DNA from: Klebsormidium nitens
Lineage: Eukaryota; Plantae; Klebsormidiophyceae
DNA length: 39,003 nt
NCBI GenBank assembly: GCA_000708835.1
Contig: DF237683.1
Span: forward strand, 1-39,003
Direction of reading: 5' to 3'
The first letter of the stretch is position 1; every line of letters starts with the position of its first letter. The notes under the pieces are model-generated. The model made no database searches. It was not told the DNA's origin and saw nothing but the letters and a program-made list of their open reading frames with translations. The position numbers were made by a program, and so were the translations under genes. Positions 11,401 through 22,594 of this stretch are shown in pieces.

Positions 11401-13089
11401 GCTGTCCCGCCTGGCGGACCTTGCTGCGGCGGGCCCCATGACCCAGGTATGCGCCATTTGACACTTTGTTCAGCCAGCGTTGCATACTGCTAGCGACTCT
11501 TGCTGCACAATGGGCTTATGCGCTAGCGTCCTCGACCCAAGTGGATTGCTGCCGAGTCTGTGCCTCGTCTGTGCCTGCTTTTCTGACGATCGGCCTCCCG
11601 TGCCAGTACGGCACCACTGTGTAGCCGCCTCGTTCTCTGTCCGTTGTCCTGTCTGGGTGACCCTCTTCCGCTGCTCCCCTCGCCCCTACTCTCACCATCT
11701 CCTGCGCGTACCCACAGGCGACTCTGGAAGCTGCTGTGTTGCGCTGCCAGGGCGACATTGACGCGGCGCTGCGGCCTGCGTCGGGCGCTGCGGGGCCCCT
11801 CCCTGCGCCGCCCATGTCCATCGTGACCACCCCGGCGCTCTCGGTGGTGGCCCCGCCCGTGGCGGCAGTCAGCCCGGGGGCCGCCTCCGAGTTCGGCGCC
11901 ATCAGCCGGCCCAGCAGCAGCAGCAGCAACAGGAGCGCAGGTACGACAAACAGACCCCAAAGAGCCGGCGGCCCCACGGCTGCTCTCCATGCGCCAAGCA
12001 CCTCCGCTGCTCGCCTGTGTCCTGGTAGGCTGCGGCGACCAAGAACTCCTCATTGTCCGCTGCTCCGCTGTCCGGGCCCTCTCTCATGTTGTCCGCTGTC
12101 CGTGTTGCGCAGGCTCCCCCTGGGGCGGCCTGGACAGCCGCGGCAGCAGCAGCGAGGCCAGCAGTTTCTTCAGCACGTCCGCGTGGGGCAGCCTCGGCCC
12201 CTCGCTCGTGCCCAGCCCGCCCTCGCAGCCCGACGCCGGCGCCGCCTTCAGCCCCTTCGGCGGGGGCTTCCCCTCGGAGCTGTTGCGGTCCAGCTCGCTG
12301 CGCGCCGACCCTGCCCCGCCCCGCAGCACGCCTGCGTGGCCCATCCCAGAGGGCGGCCCCGACGGCGGGGGGGGGGACTCGTTCTGCAGCCGAGACGGGT
12401 CGTTTTTGAGCCGGGGCGGCGACCCGTTTGGCAGCTTTGGCGTGCGCAGTGCCAGCAGCGTGGAGGCGTGGAGCCTGTCGGACCTGTCGGACCCGGACAG
12501 CGCGGACAGCGCGCTCAGCGAGGCGCACCAGAGCACCGTCACCTCGGTGGCCGCCGCCGTGCTGCAGGACAGCTTCGACGACCCCGTCCCACCCGCCCCG
12601 CCCGCGCCCGGCTACAGTGCGCCGTTCCCGCCCCCTGCGCTGTGGGCCGGCCACTACCAGGACGGGCCACACATGCCGCAGCGCATGGCGCAGCTCGGGA
12701 CGATAGGGCACCCGCAAACGGGGTTCAAGCACGGCAACCCTGGAGAGAGGACCGGGCCGCACTTCAAGACATACGGCCCCAACGAGCCTCCCCCTGCGCT
12801 GTGGGGCTTCAACGGGATTGCTCCTCCGCAGCCTCACCCCGGCTTTGGAGACCACGGTTTCTTTGGGGGGCCGGGGCGGGCCCCCGGGATGCCAGCCGGG
12901 TATGGTCGGCAGGCGGGCCCGAGCGGCCCCCTGGGGGAGGGCGGCCAGTATGCGGCCAATGGGCGGCAGCCACGCGGGATGCAGTGGCGGGACGTGGGGC
13001 CCGGGCGGGGGTTCGGCCCCGAGGGGCCGCACCACTGGGCGGATCAAGATCGGCTGGTGACCCAGCTGTTGTCGCAACTGCTGGTGTGA
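8475..13089 (+). CDS. 946-aa protein: N-terminal RINGv/PHD-like zinc finger, Pro/Ala/Lys-rich linker, tandem UBA-like module, long Ser/Gly/Pro-rich tail; 10 exons
   Basis: Exons 8475..8701, 8958..9033, 9189..9229, 9419..9893, 10127..10317, 10472..10918, 11081..11204, 11387..11446, 11718..11940, 12113..13089 = 2841 nt, all GT-AG and in phase. Cys/His pattern CGLC..CTFEPC..HQSC..CPRNC. UBA-like segments LGYFSEVQCVAAVRACGADLGRCCDWLL and LDISAELSRLADL..TQATLEAAVLRCQGDIDAALR. Confidence 0.85.
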
Positions 13090-14733
13090 CAGCTCGGGGC
13101 GGTGCTACAAGCTGCCCCCGTACATTGTAGGCCTTAGCAAGGTGCGTAAAAGGGTCGGGTAGGGAGTTGCCATGCGTGTGCATGTGTACAGAAGCAGTCG
13201 TTATCCTAACCCTGTCACTGGTTTCGGCACATACACAAAAGGTAGGCCCACTTAGATCCACAGCTGGCTTTTGGATTCGGCCATGTTTGGATAGACCACT
13301 AGCTTCGGTTGTTGATAGTTTGGCCGTTTGCAGAACATATGTATAAATAACAGACTCTCTTATATCGTTTCGCGTGGTGACCTTCAGTCATGTAACGCCT
13401 TTGAGCTTACTAAGTGTCAGTCCCCGTACTTCCTGGCCTTGCATGAGGCACGCTCAATGTTTGCAGATGGTAAGTCGACTTTGAAAGTGAGACGGCCAGC
13501 TTGCACAAGTAGGTGCATGTTTTCATGTGAGCCTGGCCACCACTGATGCTGGCCGGTTATCCATGTCCCGCCTTGCTGCTGCAACTTTGAGAAATCTCAC
13601 ACCAGCCTGCAGTTATTGAACTCGATATAAAGTTTGTGCATGCCACAAGGCCCACGCCCACATGCATGATTTCGAGCTCGATCAAATGGTGGTTGTATGC
13701 GTCCAAAGCGATCTCAGTCAATCCCTTCCCGGCCCGGCGGCGTTGCAAGTCAGAAAACTTTCCGCGTTTGCAGGGATCATTTACTCGCACATACATCGGG
13801 AGCCATGCAGACGAAAAAAGATCGGATGGCCCCCCCACGCGAACTAGGATATATGCATGCGTGGATTGGAGAGTTGCTTTGACAACACTCTGGCGGCTTG
13901 TTCATGCATGCAAGTCAATACGTCCAGCACATGTTCCTAGGAGGAAAATTTCCTAGGAGACAATACCCTTGCATCTTTGATGTTAGAGGGGAGAGTTAGA
14001 AAATTACGAACTTTCCTCAATATGCAGGATGTTATTGAATTAAAGTACACAGTAGGAAAGTATGTACACTTAAGCTTTACAATAAGAGCGGGTTTAGGTT
14101 AGAGTTTCAAATAAAGACAGTCGTACCGACTTAGCCGACGGCTCCGAACTGACGTCAAATCAACTAAATCTAACTCTATACGTCCATCATTGTCATATAC
14201 CGCTTAATACGGAGCCCTTACTGATTCAGCGTGCTAGGTTTTGTTTACATGGACTGTAATCCTCTGTCTTGAGAGTCCTGCCGCCATGGAAGAATCATAA
14301 ATAATTTATAAGCTCTTATAAGCTATACGATGAAGGATCTCGAGCATGCCAGAATCAGAGGGCATGCCAGGGCTGCGGATACATCACACGGTTTGGAGTC
14401 TCTCGGAATGAGTCTAGACTCTAGATAATGGACTCAATCGTCAGCTCTTTGTTCCGGCAATTGCCATGTACACGTGCTCCATCATGCGTGGAACGTGGCG
14501 GGTATGCTGCAACAAAGCAGCTAGCAGTCCGGACAACTCAGTCAAGGGTCGATGCAAACACTGCATGAACCGGCAGGCTTGGCTGCCCGCTGTGCTACAC
14601 AATCATACCATGACGGTTAACTGGCTGCAATGGCAGGTCCCGGAGCCACTGAACATTGAGTATCTTCACGTGCATGCGGCATCAAGCACCATGGGCACAC
14701 TGTGTGCAGGCCCGCCCATGCATGTGATTGCAT

Positions 14734-17279
14734 TTACGGGGATGCGATATCTTCAATGTCTGGCGTCCGTTGCGGCCCTGCGGCCTGCGCGGCCAGCTGC
14801 CCGCACGCCCCCGCAATATCTTGCCCCATCTCCTGCCGCACTGTTGCGTGCAGGCCGTGCCCGTCCCGCAGCACATGCTGGAAGTACCCCAGCGAGAGCG
14901 CGCTGCTCGGCCGGTACGTGTCAGCCGCGGCAGCTGGATTGTACGGAATGAGATTCACAAACACGTCACGCCCACGCAGCAGCGCGCCCAACGCGGCCGC
15001 GTCCTCCTCCCTGTCGTTGACGCCGTCCAGCATGACGTACTCCACCAGCACGCCGCCCCCGCTGCACGCACACACGGCAGCATCGGTGCACCTCAGAAAC
15101 GCACCCGCCTCGGACCCAACCTCCTGGGCAGGTGCACAGAGGAAGCAATGGCGAAGACACGCGGGTGAGAGGGCAACCATGACATGGTCGGTTGAGCCTC
15201 CACTGCAGCCACCTACTGCCACTATAAGATACGCAAAATGATCGCAAGCTGGTTGGAAGATGTAATCCTGACCGGCCGCAGCTTTCCGACCACCACCAAT
15301 CGGTACATATGAACGAACACAACAATGGTTCGGGAACAACCGGTTGCACGAGGGGCCGTACCTGGCTGCTTGGTAGGCATCAAGGGCGGCCATGAGGCGG
15401 TCGAGGGGATACGCGCGCGCGGCAGGGACGAGGGTGGCGCGAAGGGCCTGGGTGGGGGCGTGCAGCGAGAGGGCGAGGCGCACCCCAGGGAGGTCGGCGG
15501 GGAGGGTCAGCATGCGCGGGATGACGCCCACCGTGCTGACAGTGACGTGGGAGGGGGACAGGCCAAAGGCGCGCGGGGCGGTCAGGGTGCGCACCGCCGC
15601 CACAACAGCAGAGTAGTTGTTGAGGGGCTCCTGAAAGCACAGCAACGAGCACCGTAGTTCGAATGTGGAGTATCGACAGGCCAATGGATCCTGGATAAAA
15701 AGGGAAGCAAGCATCCACGTTACAGCTAGCTCAAGACTGGCACCTTCGAAGTGTTGGGGCAGAATTTTACAAAAAGCGACGCCAAAGATCCACCCAACAA
15801 ACACTGTGTGATTCCCGGTCCATCAGGAAACTAGCCCCCAAGATATCGCACTGATTTTCCGTGGAAAAGAGACAGTTACTCTTTCTGGCGAGAAGAGCCA
15901 AAAGTGGCTCACCCCCATGCCCATGAAGACGACGTTGCGAATGGGGCAAATCTGGGAGGCGTGGAACAGCTGCTCCACAATCTCTCCTGCCGCTAGGTCG
16001 CCCTGCAAGGCAGGGCAAGATTGGACCACGGAACCTCTGGGACATCAGATGTGTGGTGGGCTAAGCCCAACAACACGGCAGGGAGGAAAGACAGGGCCAG
16101 CAGACTGGCGTCGCTAGAAAAGGGGCTTCGGATGTTGCAGGAAGAGGGACAGGCAGAGGTACAACGTGTACTTTTCAAGCGAAAAATTGGCTGCCTAAAC
16201 CAACTTTGATGAGCCGCAAGAACGGCATCTGGTTGATTGAACACCCAACAGCGAGTATCAGCCAGCTGAAATCTAACTTCAGCAGAATTATCAAAGTCGA
16301 GTCAGGTGGCCAGGTTTTGAGGAGAGTGCAATATTTCATCACGCAATGATCAGCATTGAAGAACAACAGTCTACTTCACGCCAGAGATGCAAGTGCGCTC
16401 GCGGCTGCCGCACTTACGAGGAGGCCCATTGTGCCGGTGGCGCAGAAAGTGCACCCCATCTTGCAGCCGACCTGGCTGGACACACACAGCGTGGCGCGAG
16501 GGCCCCCCGGGCGTGGGCCCCCAGCATAGCGCCCAGCAGAGGCGTCGTAGCGCATGATGACCGCCTCCACCTGCAGGCCATCCTGCAGCACAAACAGCAG
16601 CCAGGATAACAGCAGTCAGCAGCTTGGAAGGAGAAACGAGTGTATCGAGCAGGGGCAAGGTGGGGCAGGCTTTGAAACGGGCAACAGCAGACACGGGCAG
16701 GAGGGGCAACCGAGGCGGCAGACAGGCGTCAGCAATTGCCAAGCAGCTGAGTAGTGAACACCTCCAGCCAAAGCTGTGCCTCAGTGCAAGCTGGCTGGTC
16801 GCCCCAAGCTGACAGCAGCCAACGAGCCAGCAACCCTGGGATAGTAGGAGGGGGGTGGTGGCAGTCAGCTTCACCCAGAATTTGCAGTGCCTTTCAATGA
16901 TTACACCTGTTTGTGTTGGTGAGGTCGGGAAGAAGCCGCAAAATCAAACCAAGCTGCCCCCGAGCTCAAGAGCCCAGGTACGCCGTGTGGCTGCCAGTCT
17001 GACCTGCAGCCTGATCAGCAGCTTGCTGGTGCTGCCATCAGCTGACGTCTTGACCTCCTGCACGCTACTCGTCACCGCCGCAAAGTGGCGCTGCAGGACC
17101 TCCCTCGCACTGCCCGGCAGCCCGGGCGCGTCCTCCGGCCTGCCCGCACCGGCACTGCTGATGACATGCTGCCACACCGCGCCGAGGTGCACCTCCTTGA
17201 CGCCGGCTGCCTCAAAGGCTCGCCGCAGCGCCGGCTCGTCAAACACCGGGGCAGGCCGCAGGCAACGTTGCGCCACCAT
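14734..17279 (-). CDS. rlmN: RlmN/Cfr-family radical-SAM RNA C2-adenosine methyltransferase, ~375 aa, 5 exons, no obvious transit peptide
   Basis: Exons complement(17004..17279, 16418..16582, 15913..16002, 15362..15630, 14734..15061) = 1128 nt. Motifs: [20 protein letters not shown] (CxxxCxxC), [56 protein letters not shown]. Confidence 0.96.
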
Positions 17280-17690
17280 GGCTGGCCGCCCAGGCTTCGT
17301 CTTCCCCTCCTTCCAAAGTTTCAACTTTCAGTTCAGGAAACAGCTCACTGAGCACATGGAAAGTGAGGTGGTCAGAGAATTGGGTTAGGCCCTCCGCTTA
17401 TGGAGACGGGCTGGCACCGGCAGATCAGCCGTCGGCGTTAGACCATTTCCAGTCGCTGGCTGCTGTAGCCTGTACATGATTTTCGCTGACTGAAAGCCTT
17501 GGCCGGTTCTACATGCTCAGTTTCGAATTGCCGCTTTCTGGTTGCCTGTTAGGTGTAGAAACCATTATCCATCGTGTTAACCTCTCTTCAGGTTACGCTC
17601 CAGGCATTTTGTTACAGAGCTGCGTGTGCATTCCGTGCTCATCTTCCACGACTCTGAGCACAGAATTCGAAGGTTGCTGGGGCGGGCAGC

Positions 17691-20600
17691 ATGCGGTCGT
17701 TGCGGCCTTTCCTCCGGTGGATGTCCGACCACGGCATTGTGTGGGCGGATGGCATCCATTTTCGGGCGGACGGCAGCGGGCGCTGGGGCGTGTACGCCGG
17801 ACGGGACATGGAGGAGGGCGAGCCCATCGTGCGAATTCCAAAGGAAAGCTGCTTGACCGCCAGCAACACGGGAGCTGCAGCTCAGGTGCGCACACCAGGG
17901 GAAGCACGTGGGGCTGGGGGGCTGCTGCCTTGGCCCCACCACTCTTCTAGCATAGCTACCCGGCCGCCTGGAGCTGCAAATCTCCAGTGCCAGAAAGTAT
18001 GGCAGGATAACACGTTTGAGAGGAATCTGCTTGAGCTCAAAGGAACCGTGCCGGCCGCAGCATTGCCCATCCTTAGGACAATCGCGTGGCGCTGGTGTGG
18101 CCCTGCTGTAACGCTAGCTCCAGCTGAGATTAAGCAAGCTTATGTATCTTCCCGACATTTGATTTGTATTGCCCTTTTGAATCTGTCAGATTGAGGCTGC
18201 CTGCCTGGGCGGCGGCCTCGCGCTGGCGGTGGCTGTGATGTACGAGCGCAGCCGCGGGGCGTCCTCCCCCTGGCATGCCTACCTGGCGGTGCTCCCCCGC
18301 CAGGAGGACGTGCCCATTGCGTGGGGGGCGCAGCAGGTGCACCACCTCCTGTGCGGAACGGAGCTGCACCAGGTGGGGCCGGGACGCAGCTGACGCCGCC
18401 GCTCTTATTGAATATGGGAATAGGACATTTAGTGCAGGTTTCTACTGCTATTCGCCTCTTGTGCAGTGTTTTAGCAAAACCTTCGTAGTTCGTCAACAGC
18501 GGGGACACCTGCTTCTTTCTCACTCCTCCTGCTGTGTCGCGTGCGGGCCCAACCGCAAATCACCATACCATCAGCTGTAAGTCCCGTCCTTGTAGCGCGC
18601 CTGTGACTGTGAGTCCAAAGCTGACTTCGCTCATGCAGTCTTCCCACCTCAGACTGTGTTGGAGGACCTGCGGCTTATTCGCCAGGACTGGCTCGACTGC
18701 ATAGCACCTTTGAGCGAGGAGGACCCCGCCACCTTTCCTCCCGCCCACTTCACTCTAGCCGACTATCTGGCCGCCAAGACGCTCATCAGCTCGCGCGCAT
18801 TTGCAATCGACCGCCACCACACTATGGGCATGCTCCCTTTTGCAGACATGTGAGCCAGGACTGCACTTTTGGCTTACGTTCCTGAGCTGGTTCTACCAGA
18901 GGAAGTCAGCAAGCGGCACTGAGTTTTGATTACCCAAGCCCAGGAGTTGAGGAACCATCTTTTGCAGATGAAGAACCGACTTCAGTTGCTGCCCATGTTG
19001 ATTGGCTTGCTTGTATATCAAAAACTGTTTCTTGTGAGGCTATTGCAATCACGAAAGCCTGGAAGGTAAATGATACGTGTGGGGGCGTGATGCTTGCAGG
19101 CTGAACCACAAGACAGCGGCGGAAGACGTTCACCTTATGATTGGGGATGGCGATGGCGACTCAGACGACGAGAGCAGCCTCGATTCAGACGAAGAGGCGG
19201 AGGGAGAGGACGATGTCCGGCAGCAGGGCGACAGCGGTGGGACTCAGAGGGCACACGAAATGGCAGAAGACGGGGAGACGACAGAAGAAAGCCGGCGGAA
19301 GGGCTCAGGGCGCAGCAAGCGAAGGGAGCCCGAGACGGTTGGGCCGCCGGGACAAGAGAACGGGGGACGGGGTCCAAAGCGAAGGAAAGGGAGCGGGGAA
19401 GGGAGGCCGGGAAAAGGCGATACCGAAAGGTCCAACATGGATAATGGCAGCCCTGAAGTGGGGCATCGAGTGGGGGTGGGGGAACCCGCAGCGGTGGTCG
19501 AAGACAGTGGAACCAGGCAGGCCGGGGAAGAAGGAGAGAAGCGGACGCAGGAAAACGGAACGGACGAGAAGAAAGGAAGAAATGCGGGGCAGACCGACGG
19601 GGGGACGGGGAGAGGCCAGGCAGGGGCGCACGAGGACATGGGAGGCGAGGCCGTCGGGGAGAGTGCGAGCGACGAGCTGGAGATGGTGCTGCTGCACGAC
19701 CTGCAAGTGGGGCGCGAGGTGAGACGCGCAGCCACGCGAGTCGGAGCATGACCGGCTGCTGGAAAGGGTGGCTGTTGTCTCGCACGTTGTCAGGAACTTG
19801 TTCTTGAGTGCATCGGAGGAACTGGTCCTTCGGTCTTGGGCGTTGAAACATGCAGGCGGAGACCCAAAGCTGGACTTTCTATTCCTGATCCAATCGAGGC
19901 AGCTTTGAAGACCCCTTCCTCCCTGTGCGCGCTAAATGGTCACAGCGTCCAGCCCACGTTCGACCCCTTGCTGTTATACCGCGTCGCTTCCCCTACCGGT
20001 TCGACAACCTTAGCAGCTATGTTGTTCCTCCAGCCTCGACCCGCCACTAACCTATTCCCCCTGACTAAAGGTGTTCAACACGTACGGCCGCCTGAGCAGT
20101 GGCGCGCTGCTATATCGCTACGGTTTCACGGAGCACGCCAACCCGTTCGACCTGGTCAACCTGGACGCGTACAAGGTGGCCGCCGCCGCTGCCGCCGCTC
20201 CGGGCTGCACCGCACGCCAGGTCCGCTCGCGCTGGGCGCTCTGGAGGGCGGCCTTGGGCAGCTCGCTCACAACGCAGGTCAGAATGTCGGGGTTTCATGT
20301 TGGAGCAAAGTTTGACAGCAAGGTCCCCCCCCCCGTGGTTATGCTTGTCTCGTCGGCGGCCTGGAATCGGGGCCTTTGCCAACGAGCCTTCTAGTTACTT
20401 TCAACCACTTTTGTGGTACCTCCAGGGCGAGACGACCCAATGAGATGAAGAGTTGACGGATGGTCAGAAAGTCATCCTGTGCGAGTCCACGGGACAGCAT
20501 CTTCCCCACCTCAATCGGCCTGCCCATCCTACCTTCCTGCTGTATGCAGGCGTGGCAGTACTTCGAGATCGGGTGCGGGGGCCAGCCCGAGGCCGAGCTG

Positions 20601-21149
20601 CTGCTGCTGCTGTATGTCATCCATGCCCCCGAGGCAGCCGCCGCCGCGCTGGGCCACCACCCGGGCCTGCCCGCCTGCGCGGGCGACGTGCACCAGGTAG
20701 CCGCGCTGCTCGGGTACGGCCACCCCGACCCGACAGCAGGCGACCGGGACAAGAGCCGGCAACGCCCGGCACAGACGAGCGAGGGAAGGAAGACGAAGGT
20801 CCGCACGTCGCGCGCTAGGCACCTTGAGGTGGAAGAAGCGCGTACCGGCGGTGACGTCAGGGACGGGGGCGAGCAGGCGGGGTGCAAAAAGTGGTGCCCC
20901 GAGGAGGACCCGGTGCAGGACTGGCTGCTGACGTCAGAAGTGGTGCGCAGCCTGCTGCGGGCGCTGGACGCGCGGGAGGAGGCGTACCGGGCGGGGCCGC
21001 TGGCGCACGACGAGGCCCTGTGGGCAGTAATGGACGGCGGGGCTCAGCCCCGGGCGTACCACGCACTGGCGCTCAGGATCGCAGAGCGGCAAGTGCTGCA
21101 GCGGTGCAGGGAGACGCTGAGGGCGAGGCTGACGCGAAACGAGAGGTGA
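17691..21149 (+). CDS. SET-domain protein lysine methyltransferase, SETD6/Rubisco-LSMT-like, ~666 aa, 6 exons
   Basis: Exons 17691..17885, 18190..18372, 18653..18849, 19100..19718, 20071..20277, 20550..21149 = 2001 nt. Motifs: FLRWM, GRWGVYA, IPKESCLT, YERSRGASSPWHAYLAVLP, ISSRAF, MLPFADMLNH, EVFNTYGRLSSGALLYRYGF. The start codon is the first ATG after an in-frame TGA; an upstream exon cannot be excluded. Confidence 0.9.
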
Positions 21150-22594
21150 CGCCGGCTGCAGGCCCGGCAGGCCCCCGGATGTCCCGGTCTCGCAAGCCAG
21201 GGTGGAGATCGCTCTGACGAGGTCGTCTCTTGAGCGCATAAGTGAGCAGACGATTGTGCAGACAAGATTCGGTGCTGCAAGGTCCCAAAGTGCTTTCCTC
21301 TCTGCTACTCTTTCATTCCTGTGACACGGTCACGACTTCAACTGCTCTCAGTCTGCCAACTTCGAGTAGGGGCCGACACAGAGTAAAACGTCCTTGAAGG
21401 TACTCTGAATGGGGGCAGGCAATCGCATAGGGTGCAATAGCAAGCGATGTGGTCTGGAAAGCTCCAGCTAGCAAAGTTGCGGGCTTGATATCAGATGCGC
21501 ATGTGCTTAGGCAGCTAGCTGCGTTGAGCAGGGCAATGCGGGGCAATCGCTCTTATGCATCATGTGAATTGGCGTATATGCAGTTAAATGTGCCTCGACA
21601 CAATTGGTGAGTCACGGTCTGCCAGCTGGCGTGTGGTCGACAAATCAACACGTGTCGACGGTGTTCAGCCAGGCGGCTTTCATGCAATTGCAACCACGAG
21701 CGCGCCGCCAGCAGAGTCACTGACAGACTATCTGCACATATTTCAGACGACGTCCGTGCCGGGCACTATCCACCCGAATGAAAGAAGTATGCAGCATGTT
21801 TAACAGAGTGCAGGACGGCCTGGTTCAGATTTGGGTCACGGATATTGCACGGAGCTGATTCCAATTGTTGTGTCACGCGAGCTCATGATCGATGAGTCCC
21901 ATGGTGTCAACGCAATTCAGACCACCGTTTGCACGACGTCCAGGTTGTGAGCGAGGGGTACGGTCAGGCTAGCCAACGTATGGTGGTCGTCATAGACGAT
22001 CCCACCGTGACCGCGGTTGATCATGCAGCCGCAGCGCGAGCGCCAGACCGAGCTCCCTAGCTACGGACTTACGCACCCTAGCATCCCCATGGCCTATCTC
22101 GATAGCTCTGCTGACATGACGGTTGCTGAAAAGTGTCAGGACGCATATATACACGGTTTGTAACCGCACTTTCGAACCGGGCACGGTCGAGCTTACTGCA
22201 TCGGGCAAACCATGAGAATCCGGGAAGTAGCTACGCAGGTTCTTGTATGAGCTGCACGTGCCCAAGGAATATATCAATGCATGACAAGTTTGGTACTTTT
22301 GGTATGTCCAGACCTTTGAACGCTTAAACGCTTTATTTGTATTCATTTGTAATTGATAAGAATGATGTTCGAATCCAACTTGTACTGTATTCCTAAATGC
22401 CTTCGCAGCCTAATTTCTGACTTCAGAGTAGGCACATTAGCAAACTGTTAAGCTTCTCCCGTGCGCAATGAATCTTACATACGCTGCTCTTTTTTGAAAG
22501 CGTACACTGTAATGAACTCAACCGCCGCAGCATTCTACTACTTTTTGCAACTCGAAGATCAAAACTGCAAGTCGACACCGCGGGGGGGCCCGCG

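Noticed and set aside
11902-13077. 391-aa minus-strand ORF and the 464-aa plus ORF 11736..13130
   Set aside because: These are shadow frames of the very GC-rich last exon of the RING-UBA gene. They have low-complexity Arg/Ala/Gly translation and no motifs.
12113-13089. GW182/Argonaute-hook analogy (UBA plus WG motifs)
   Set aside because: There are only three WG dipeptides and no PAM2 or RRM, too weak to claim.
14090-14107. Telomere-like GGGTTTAGGTTAGAGTTT
   Set aside because: It has fewer than three degenerate units, consistent with chance.
14734-15804. 356-aa ORF as a single-exon gene
   Set aside because: It is two rlmN exons plus introns that happen to stay open. Splicing at 15630, 15362 and 15061 restores the canonical RlmN motif spacing.
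19135-19851. 238-aa Pro/Arg-rich minus ORF
   Set aside because: It is the antisense of the purine-rich SET exon 4.
20426-20462. Possible 37-nt poison exon in SET intron 5 (good acceptor, GTCAGA donor)
   Set aside because: All frames contain stops, and similar cryptic sites are common. It is unsupported without transcript data.
22367-22376. GTTCGAATCC tRNA T-loop-like word
   Set aside because: The flanks do not form a T-stem, and there is no A-box or cloverleaf.
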